The notes under the pieces are model-generated. The model saw only the letters and a program-made list of their open reading frames with translations, did no database searches and was not told the DNA's origin. From NCBI GenBank assembly GCA_963661325.1, contig CAVLBP010000001.1:113-64112 (forward strand): a stretch of 64,000 bases of DNA, in the 5' to 3' direction. The position numbers and the translations under genes were made by a program. Position 1 is the first letter of the stretch; each line of letters opens with the position of its first letter. Below, one piece after another: positions 30,592-37,916 of this stretch. Origin of the DNA: a bacterium. Its GTDB lineage: Bacteria > Bacillota > Clostridia > Lachnospirales > Lachnospiraceae.

Positions 30592-31607
30592 GCCACCTCC
30601 TCATGTTCTATCACAACGCCGTGGGCAATGCCCGGCACACTGTTGCCCTCATTGAAACTAACTGGGGATAAGAGTGCCCCGGTCGGGATAAATAAGATCC
30701 GTTTCCATTTGCCGGATATGACACGGGGCAGGAAATAAGATGCCAACGTGACCGCCGAGCAGCCGCAGCCGGAGCCTCCCGCACAAGTATGCTGTTCGTC
30801 CGCATCAAAGATCTCCATGCCACAGTCATAGTGGTTGTCCGTAATGTCACATCCACCGATACTGCAAAGTTCTGCCAAAATCTCGCTGCCAACACTTCCC
30901 AGATCTCCTGTGATGATGGCATCATAATCTTTGGGGCTTCGCTCAAAATCTTTCATGTGGTTTAAGATGAGAGCAGATGCCGCCGGTGCCATAGCAGCCC
31001 CCATATTCTGTGCATCCCGGATGCCCAGATCCATGATCTTTCCCGTCGTGATGCCTGTGATCTTTGCCCCGGATTGAACAGTTCCCAAAATATAGGCACC
31101 GCTGCCTGTGACCGTCCAGGTGGAACAAAGAGGTCTTTGGTTGGCATATTCGATAGGAAAACGGAATTGCCGCTCTGCCCCGCCAAAATGCGAGGACGTA
31201 ACCGCTGCCACAAGGTCTGCATAGCCTGCTGCGACACTCATAGCTGCCAGTGATAAGGCTTCTCCCACTGTCGAGCAGGCACCATACAAGCCGAAAAATG
31301 GTCTTTGAAACTCCATCAAGCCAAAAGAGGATGCGATGGTCTGTCCCAAGAGATCCCCCGCAAAGAGATAGCGCAAGTGTGCTCCGTCCATCCCTGCCTT
31401 ACCAAGAGCCAGGGTCAGCGACTCTTTTTGCATCTCACTTTCCGCACGCTCCCAGGAGTCCGAGCCAAAGCGGTCGTCTGTACAGATCATATCAAAGCAA
31501 TCCCCCAGCGGTCCCTCTCCTTCCAATTTTCCAACCACAGACGCTGTCTGCATGATATAGACCGGTTTCGGCAGACAGAGACTGTCCGCTCCCATTTGTA
31601 TTTGCAT
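30588..31607 (-). CDS. spoVAD: stage V sporulation protein AD
   Basis: It has SpoVAD thiolase-like signatures (VVGKLEGEGPLGDCFD, FAGDLLGQ, FGLYGACSTVGEAL). I moved the start to the ATG at 31607 (MQIQMG) after GAGGAGGA. Confidence 0.9.
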   Translation of the reverse strand: MQIQMGADSLCLPKPVYIMQTASVVGKLEGEGPLGDCFDMICTDDRFGSDSWERAESEMQKESLTLALGKAGMDGAHLRYLFAGDLLGQTIASSFGLMEFQRPFFGLYGACSTVGEALSLAAMSVAAGYADLVAAVTSSHFGGAERQFRFPIEYANQRPLCSTWTVTGSGAYILGTVQSGAKITGITTGKIMDLGIRDAQNMGAAMAPAASALILNHMKDFERSPKDYDAIITGDLGSVGSEILAELCSIGGCDITDNHYDCGMEIFDADEQHTCAGGSGCGCSAVTLASYFLPRVISGKWKRILFIPTGALLSPVSFNEGNSVPGIAHGVVIEHEEVA

Positions 31608-31883
31608 ACTATCCTCCTCGCCACAGGGACGTTCCTTTTTCCACAAGGAGTGTCCCCTTTGGCTCATTCCCTTGTTTTCGTTATTTTTTCTATAGGATAG
31701 CGTGTGTAAATATGAGGGAAAATATGCATTTGAACATGAGAATAGAAAATGTTACTCTTATGATTGTAAAAATCAATACGATGTATTTAGCGAAGAAAAA
31801 TGAAAAAGATTTTATATACGATATTGCAACTGACATGGGGCTTTCCACTATAGTGGGTCAGTTGTCAAGACAAAGGAAGGCTC

Positions 31884-32195
31884 CTAATGTCCATCCCTGC
31901 CCCAGCGAAAGAGGTCTGCCATCTGGGCATCGTACTCGTCCGCCGGACGGTAGCGCAGGAGCAGCGTTTTCAGATAAGCCTTGACCGGTTCTGCCGCTTC
32001 ATCCGGTGTAAAAGAGGCTAAGGCCTCATCCACGATCTCCTTCATGACAAGTGGTGCCGTCTCCTCATCCACCGCCAGATCCATCATGCCTTTTAATTTT
32101 CCACAGGCATAATAATATTCATAGTTTCCTACCAAAATAGATGCCTGCATATCCAATTTCTTTTCTACCGCATTGACTGCCAATTCTTCTACCAT
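31884..32195 (-). CDS. hypothetical acidic 103-aa protein, last gene of the T-box-controlled ABC operon
   Basis: Its ATG overlaps the ATPase stop (TAATG at 32197-32193). I recognised no motif. Confidence 0.5.
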   Translation of the reverse strand: MVEELAVNAVEKKLDMQASILVGNYEYYYACGKLKGMMDLAVDEETAPLVMKEIVDEALASFTPDEAAEPVKAYLKTLLLRYRPADEYDAQMADLFRWGRDGH

Positions 32196-32968
32196 TAGTT
32201 ACCACACTCCACACTGATTTCGTTAAATACGCCCATGATATCGTCTACAACAAGATCCTTTTTCTCCTGCCCGGACTTATCAAGAATCGCCTGCCCCTGA
32301 TGCATCATCAAAAGCCGGTCGCCATATTCTACTGCATAGCGGAGATTGTGGGTTACCATCATGGTGGTCAAATGTTTTTCGGCTACGATCTTACCGGTCA
32401 GTTCCATAATGATCTCTGCCGTCTTGGGGTCTAATGCCGCTGTATGTTCATCTAAGATCAGCATCTCGATCGGTGTCATTGTCGCCATCAAAAGTGCCAC
32501 CGCCTGTCTCTGTCCACCGGAGAGGGAACCGACCTGCGTATGCATCTTGTCTTCCAGCCCAAGTCCCAGTGGCAGCAGTAATTCTCTGTAATAATCTTCC
32601 CGGCTCTTTTTGACACTCATCCCCAGATTGTATGGCTTGCCCTTATTGTCCGCAAGTGCCATATTTTCCAAAATGGTCATATGCCCGCAAGTACCCTTGG
32701 AAGGATCCTGATAAACACGACCGATACTGCGATGACGCAGATAATCCTTCTGTCTTGTAATGTCCTCGCCACCGATCAAAATCTGTCCCTGTTCCACACC
32801 GATACTGCCGCAGATGATATTTAAAAGAGATGTCTTTCCCGAACCGTTACTGCCGACAATGGATACAAACTCTCCGTCCTGAATGGTCAGATTAAAATCA
32901 TCAAACAGGCACATCTCGTTGACGGAGCCTGCATTATAATATTTGTGGATATGCTTTAATTCGATCAT
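32195..32968 (-). CDS. ABC transporter ATP-binding protein (COG1101-type)
   Basis: It has Walker A (GSNGSGKTS), the signature LSGGQRQ, and Walker B (LILDEHTAALD). Confidence 0.9.
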   Translation of the reverse strand: MIELKHIHKYYNAGSVNEMCLFDDFNLTIQDGEFVSIVGSNGSGKTSLLNIICGSIGVEQGQILIGGEDITRQKDYLRHRSIGRVYQDPSKGTCGHMTILENMALADNKGKPYNLGMSVKKSREDYYRELLLPLGLGLEDKMHTQVGSLSGGQRQAVALLMATMTPIEMLILDEHTAALDPKTAEIIMELTGKIVAEKHLTTMMVTHNLRYAVEYGDRLLMMHQGQAILDKSGQEKKDLVVDDIMGVFNEISVECGN

Positions 32969-33864
32969 GCCCGCTCCTTTCTACGCTTTCTGCCTTGGTA
33001 TTTCTCAATTCTGGAGGAAAGCACCAGGATCAAGAGGAATAAGACTGCTGTTACCAGTTTTAAGTCCGTAGATTGCAGTCCGATACGGATAGCCGCTGCC
33101 ACACAGCCCTTATAAAGGATAGATCCCAAAATAACACTGATGGAAAATCCAAAAATGCTGATCTGTCCGAAAAGTGCCGTTCCAATGATGACCGATGCCA
33201 GACCAATGACTGCGGTTCCGACGCCCATAGACGCATCAAAGAAACGCTGCTGCTGGGCGAACATGGAGCCACTAAGAGATACCAGACCATTTGCAATGGC
33301 AAGTCCCAAGATCTTGATCTTTCCCTTATCGATCCCCATAGAAGTCACCAGTGTTTCGTTGTCACCTACTGCCTTCAAAAGATAACCGGATTTTGTCTTT
33401 AAATACCAATCCAACACACACTTTACGATCACGACAATGATCGCAATGATGATCAGATTTTTATAAGGTGACAGCGCACCTCCCAAAATACGATTGGTCA
33501 GGCTGTTGTTATAAATATTGTCGTAATTGTAGATCGGCAGATTTGCCTTTCCCGCAATACGAAGATTGACCGAATAAAGTGCCGTCATCATGATGATGCT
33601 GGCTAAAATATCCCGCACCTTTAATTTTACATGAATGAGTCCCGTGATCGTTCCTGCCACAAGTCCTGCCGCAAAACTAAGTAAGAGGGTCAGATAGGGA
33701 TTCATGCCCTGTGAGATCAAAACAGCAGACAAGGAAGCCCCCAAAGGGAAGCTTCCATCTACTGTCATATCCGGGAAATCTAAGATCTTGTATGTGATAT
33801 ACATACCAAGTGCCATGATTGCGTAGATCATACCTTGTTCAAAAACACTGATAACTAAAGTCAT
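32965..33864 (-). CDS. ABC transporter permease (COG4120-type)
   Basis: A polytopic membrane protein whose boundaries overlap or abut the ATPase and binding-protein genes. Confidence 0.85.
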   Translation of the reverse strand: MTLVISVFEQGMIYAIMALGMYITYKILDFPDMTVDGSFPLGASLSAVLISQGMNPYLTLLLSFAAGLVAGTITGLIHVKLKVRDILASIIMMTALYSVNLRIAGKANLPIYNYDNIYNNSLTNRILGGALSPYKNLIIIAIIVVIVKCVLDWYLKTKSGYLLKAVGDNETLVTSMGIDKGKIKILGLAIANGLVSLSGSMFAQQQRFFDASMGVGTAVIGLASVIIGTALFGQISIFGFSISVILGSILYKGCVAAAIRIGLQSTDLKLVTAVLFLLILVLSSRIEKYQGRKRRKERA

Positions 33865-33865
33865 T

Positions 33866-34885
33866 TTATTCCTCGCTTACTGTGATCGTATCAAATACTT
33901 CTGCCTTCTCGGTAAATGTATTTGGTAAGTCGATACCTAACTTATCTGCCACTTCTGTGTTTGCATAGTAACTTGGGTCTGTGATCTTTTCAAATGGCAT
34001 TTCAGAAGCCTTTGCCTGACCCTTTAAGATCTTGGCTGCCATCTTTCCGGTCTGGATGCCCAGTTTTTCATAATCAATGCCTGCTGCTGCAAGACAACCA
34101 TTCTTGACCTGCTCTACTTCGGAACCGAATACCGGAATGTTTGCCTGGTTTGCATGCTCAAGTACCGTCTGCAGTGCGCTGACAACGGTATTGTCTGTCA
34201 GGTTGGTAATGCAGTCTACCTTGCTTACCATGTCTGCTGCTGCCATATCCACATCAGCGATGGTATTGATACCGGTCTCTACGATCTCAAATCCGTAATC
34301 CGGTGCATATTCTTTGTAAGTCTCAATGGTGCTGACTGAATTTGTCTCACTTGTGGTGTAGATAATACCGATCTTCTTTGCATCCGGCATCAATTCGCGG
34401 ATCATCTCTAACTGTTCCTTGACCGGAAGTGCATCGGATGTTCCTGTGATATTTCCTACAGAATTTCCGTCATCATCTGCAAGTTGTGCTGCGATTGGAT
34501 CGGAGATTGCCGTATAAACAACCGGGATCTCTGTATTCATTGCAGAATTGTATGCGCTCATGGCACAAGGTGTTGCAATGGCACAGATCATATCAACCTT
34601 TTTGGAAACATAGTTGTCTGCGATCGTACTGGCTGTACCGGTATCGGTCTGGGCATTATCATAAAGGACTGTCAGGTTCTCACCCTCAACAATACCTTCT
34701 TCTTTCAGCCCCTCCAAAAAGCCTTCGCGGCAATTATCCAAAGAGCCATGTTCCGCAAACTGGGCGATACCGATCGTGTACTCTGTGTCGGATGACTTCT
34801 TGTCATCACCACTTGTACTTCCACAACCTACGGCTCCGATTGCCATCATTGCTACCATCATTCCTGCTACAATTCTTTTCTTCAT
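33866..34885 (-). CDS. ABC transporter substrate-binding lipoprotein (COG2984/ABC_sub_bind type)
   Basis: It has a signal peptide with a GAVGC lipobox. IGIAQFAEHGSLDNCREGF and GIIYTTSETNS are typical of this family. Confidence 0.85.
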   Translation of the reverse strand: MKKRIVAGMMVAMMAIGAVGCGSTSGDDKKSSDTEYTIGIAQFAEHGSLDNCREGFLEGLKEEGIVEGENLTVLYDNAQTDTGTASTIADNYVSKKVDMICAIATPCAMSAYNSAMNTEIPVVYTAISDPIAAQLADDDGNSVGNITGTSDALPVKEQLEMIRELMPDAKKIGIIYTTSETNSVSTIETYKEYAPDYGFEIVETGINTIADVDMAAADMVSKVDCITNLTDNTVVSALQTVLEHANQANIPVFGSEVEQVKNGCLAAAGIDYEKLGIQTGKMAAKILKGQAKASEMPFEKITDPSYYANTEVADKLGIDLPNTFTEKAEVFDTITVSEE

Positions 34886-34984
34886 TTTCTTTTCCTCCTA
34901 GAATTCAATACTTTTTCAAAGACATTTGCCATTCTTTGAATGATGTATGAATCGGATTCGGAATTTGGACTGGTAAATAGGATA

Positions 34985-35262
34985 ATAAAAAAACCGCCCC
35001 AGAAAAACTCTGAGGCGGTAATAAAAATCATTATCGCGGTACCACTCAAATTGGCTGCTATGCAACCCTCTCATTCCACATACCATCATACGTGCCAGTT
35101 TAGTAACGAGTCTGGTTCCCGTCATCCCCTACTCTGAAAGATCATTTCAGGCATGCCCTCACAAGTCCATTCCTAACTCTTCGCATTGCCATCTTCCACC
35201 AACGATGACTCTCTGTGAATGTTCCAAGAAAGTACTTCTCTTGTTCAACGGTTTCTCAAATA
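34985..35262 (-). promoter_or_regulatory. T-box riboswitch leader; the specifier is most likely UGG (tRNA-Trp)
   Basis: The minus strand carries the T-box core AATTTGAGTGGTACCGCG (35052-35035) and an AG-bulge CAGAGAG. The specifier-loop context is GGAA-UGG-AC-UUGU-GAGGGCA, with UGG at 35169-35167. A terminator lies directly downstream. Confidence 0.85.
34987..35020 (-). terminator. intrinsic terminator of the T-box leader
   Basis: ACCGCCUCAG-aguuuuu-CUGGGGCGGU (10 bp, one G-U pair) followed by U7. Its 5' arm can pair alternatively with the T-box core to form an antiterminator. Confidence 0.8.
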
Positions 35263-35269
35263 TATGTTA

Positions 35270-35298
35270 TTTATACTCCAATGTTCTTGCTCTGTCAA
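35270..35298 (-). promoter_or_regulatory. candidate sigma-A promoter driving the T-box leader
   Basis: The minus strand has TTGACA (35298-35293), a 17-nt spacer, then TATAAA (35275-35270). Confidence 0.55.
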
Positions 35299-35317
35299 GA
35301 ATTTTTTAAAAGGAATT

Positions 35318-36505
35318 TCACAAAAAATCTTTTCGCACCCTGCTGAGGATTCCGTCCGTCACCCCCGTATTGTGCCGCATCCGCCGCTCCAAAGAAGATA
35401 AAGTCCTTGCCTGCAGATCCAGGTCGTAGGTCACTTTATGCTTCTTACAATCCAGCCAGGCGATCGCATCCATGACCATATAGAGTTCCAGATACATATT
35501 GCCCAGAAGGATGGTCTTGAGCAGATGATAGTCCTCATAAGCACAAAGGAGCATCTCATAGAGATAATATATGTAATACTTGCGGTATTTATCATAAGTG
35601 CCCGGCATTTCTTCTTCCATTTCCTGCCAGACCTTTTCCAAAGAACCACCGGCTTCCCCTGCCGTCTTGCCATTGCATAAACGATAATAAAGGTGGATAT
35701 TTCTTTTCAATTCTCTATTGCTGACTGCCAGATTCGGCAGATCCAACTGATGTGCAATGACCTTATCTACCAGATCCATAGAGAAAAAAAGCATGCGTCT
35801 TGGTGCAGCTGCATCCAAATTCTCCTGCTCTCCCGCCCGCTTTCTTTCCTGCTCCTGGCTCCTATAGGCATCTAATACGGCATTTGCCTCCGCACGCTTA
35901 TCACGCATCAGATGCTCATGTATGGCATCAAAACACTGATATTGCCGGTATAAAAGCCAAACATCAAAACGCTCCTGCGCCTGTGCCTCCTCCACCATGA
36001 TCTGACGCAGATCCTGTAAAAATTCTAAAAAAGAAAGATCCTCATTGCCTATCTTCCAAAGGATCTCTCTTTCTTCCTTTTGCCAAGGAAGCATGGTAAG
36101 CGGCTCTTTTTCCTCTAAAAACAGACATGCCGCCTCTGGGCAGGCAAGTTCTAAGGCGATCTCCGCAAACGCTCCATAAGAGATCGTGCGCCTCGGATAT
36201 TCCCTGCATACACGCGGCATCAGGTCTGTCCTGCCCTCCTGCTGCAAACCGCACAGCCTCTCCCCGGTATGATAAGGACAGGTTCCTAAGCGCTTTCTGA
36301 TCTGGGGTGCGCCGGTCTTTTGTCCCTTAATGTTTCTTTGCAAAACTTTTCTACGATCTGCCGGCTCCTGCCCTATTTTTTTCATCGTTTCTGCATCCAC
36401 GAAAATCTGCCAGCCCTTGCAACAAGTCTTAGGGCACGCCCCCTTGCTGCAATGAAATTTATCTAAAAAGGAAATCCCGAAATACTTCATACTATTTGTC
36501 CTCAT
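35318..36505 (-). CDS. Cys-rich FliB-like protein (putative flagellin lysine-N-methylase family)
   Basis: The N-terminal cluster FHCSKGACPKTCCKGW plus CPYH...LCGLQ resembles the FliB/UPF0153 Fe/Zn-chelating motif. The remainder has no motif I recognise. The start may instead be the second ATG at 36490. Confidence 0.45.
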   Translation of the reverse strand: MRTNSMKYFGISFLDKFHCSKGACPKTCCKGWQIFVDAETMKKIGQEPADRRKVLQRNIKGQKTGAPQIRKRLGTCPYHTGERLCGLQQEGRTDLMPRVCREYPRRTISYGAFAEIALELACPEAACLFLEEKEPLTMLPWQKEEREILWKIGNEDLSFLEFLQDLRQIMVEEAQAQERFDVWLLYRQYQCFDAIHEHLMRDKRAEANAVLDAYRSQEQERKRAGEQENLDAAAPRRMLFFSMDLVDKVIAHQLDLPNLAVSNRELKRNIHLYYRLCNGKTAGEAGGSLEKVWQEMEEEMPGTYDKYRKYYIYYLYEMLLCAYEDYHLLKTILLGNMYLELYMVMDAIAWLDCKKHKVTYDLDLQARTLSSLERRMRHNTGVTDGILSRVRKDFL

Positions 36506-36569
36506 CCGTCTCCTGTGCTATACTGTTCCGCGAACGAAATCATTTACGCTATGAAAAAAGGAGATCTTC

Positions 36570-37235
36570 ATGAAATTAGATGCCGTAATCTTTGATATGG
36601 ACGGAACCATTACAGACACCGAAAAATTTTATAACCGCACCTGGCCAATCGCTTTTGCCGCCTGCGGTTATCCTGATTTTACCAGAGAAGATGCCCTGAT
36701 GCAACGAAGCCTCAATCATGCGGACGCACAAAAACTCTGGGGCAGCCGCTACGGGGAGGATTTTTCTTTTGAAACGGTGCATAAATATAACACAAAACTG
36801 GTCCTGGATCTTATGGAGAAAGAAGGGATCGAGACGAAACCGGGCTTAGACCAATTACTGACCTATCTCAAAGACCATAATATCCGAGCGGCTGTAGCCA
36901 CCGCCACCAAACTGGATCGCGCTTTAGAGCGTTTAAAAACGGTCGGACTGGAGCATGCTTTTGATACCGTGATCAGCGCTTCCATGGTAAAACAAGGAAA
37001 GCCCCACCCGGATGTCTATCTGCATGTCTGCAAGGAATTGGGTGCAGATCCGGCGCATTGTCTTGCGCTGGAAGATTCACCTAACGGGATCCGTTCGGCA
37101 CATGATGCCGGATGTATTACCGTCATGATCCCGGATCTTACCATGCCGACACCAGACATCGAGCCACTGCTTTATGACTGGGCTGGCGATCTTGCCAAAG
37201 TCATCCCTCTGATCGAGCGCTTGCAGGCGGAATAA
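36570..37235 (+). CDS. HAD-superfamily hydrolase (beta-phosphoglucomutase-like subfamily IA)
   Basis: Motif I is FDMDGTITDTE. Later motifs are ATATKLDR and LEDSPNGIRSAHDAG. Confidence 0.85.
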   Translation: MKLDAVIFDMDGTITDTEKFYNRTWPIAFAACGYPDFTREDALMQRSLNHADAQKLWGSRYGEDFSFETVHKYNTKLVLDLMEKEGIETKPGLDQLLTYLKDHNIRAAVATATKLDRALERLKTVGLEHAFDTVISASMVKQGKPHPDVYLHVCKELGADPAHCLALEDSPNGIRSAHDAGCITVMIPDLTMPTPDIEPLLYDWAGDLAKVIPLIERLQAE

Positions 37236-37253
37236 GAAGAAAACAGAAAGCAA

Positions 37254-37280
37254 AAGAGGCATGCACACAGCATGCCTCTT
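37254..37280. terminator. bidirectional terminator between the HAD gene and apt
   Basis: A perfect 11-bp stem AAGAGGCATGC / GCATGCCTCTT with a 5-nt loop sits between convergent stop codons. Confidence 0.7.
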
Positions 37281-37300
37281 GTCATTCTAAAGCCTGTCTT

Positions 37301-37825
37301 TTATTTACCTTCATAGGTCACAACAGATGCGACATCATACTTTGCCAGTTTATCTCTGCCGTGCAGTCCTGCAAGTTCCATCAAAAATACGATCTTGACA
37401 ACCTGACCACCGAGTTCTTCTACCAGTTGTGCAGCAGCCTCGATCGTTCCGCCGGTTGCGATCAGATCATCTACCAATACTACCTTTTGTCCCGGCCTGA
37501 TCGAATCCTTATGCATCTCGATCGTTGCTGAACCATACTCCAGATCATATGTCTTGGATACGGTAGCGCATGGCAGTTTACCAGCCTTACGGACCGGTAC
37601 AAATGGCTTGTTCAACGCATATGCGATCGGCACACCAAAGATAAATCCTCTGGACTCTGCCCCTGCGATCACATCAAAATCCACGCCATCCAACAACTTG
37701 ATCATCTCATCGATCGCCAGATGTAATCCATCTGCTTCCTGCAAAATACTTGTAACATCACGGAAGATTATGCCTTCCTCCGGAAAATCCGGAATACTTC
37801 TTATGTAGTCTTCAACCTTTTTCAT
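37301..37825 (-). CDS. apt: adenine phosphoribosyltransferase
   Basis: It has the PRPP-binding motif VVLVDDLIATGGT and matches APRT over its full length. Confidence 0.95.
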   Translation of the reverse strand: MKKVEDYIRSIPDFPEEGIIFRDVTSILQEADGLHLAIDEMIKLLDGVDFDVIAGAESRGFIFGVPIAYALNKPFVPVRKAGKLPCATVSKTYDLEYGSATIEMHKDSIRPGQKVVLVDDLIATGGTIEAAAQLVEELGGQVVKIVFLMELAGLHGRDKLAKYDVASVVTYEGK

Positions 37826-37916
37826 CGCTTGACCTCTTATCTTTTATTTTATCATGTTTGATGCTATACACCAAACAAAAAGTCCTATCTCATGTTATAC
37901 TCATGCGCCCCACATG

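Noticed and set aside
31712-31984. A 90-aa plus-strand ORF in the spoVAD upstream gap.
   Set aside because: It has no RBS. Its 3' third overlaps the minus-strand 103-aa ORF. Its translation is Pro/Arg/Gly-rich at the end, typical of out-of-frame read-through.
35161-35215. An alternative reading of the T-box specifier as AUG (Met), and an alternative Stem I pairing TCACA/TGTGA.
   Set aside because: In the layout of characterised leaders (5' ACAA helix, AGAAGUA, ..., GAA-NNN-AC, UUGU helix, GAGNNCA), the register GGAA-UGG-AC fits. UGG also agrees with the predicted Trp specificity of this transporter family. The AUG register would need a non-canonical loop. Only a covariance-model alignment can settle it.
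34916-35401. Short ORFs within the gap upstream of the ABC binding-protein gene (34916-35125, 34940-35137, 35219-35401).
   Set aside because: The T-box leader, its terminator and its promoter explain this region. The ORFs have no RBS and cut across conserved RNA elements.
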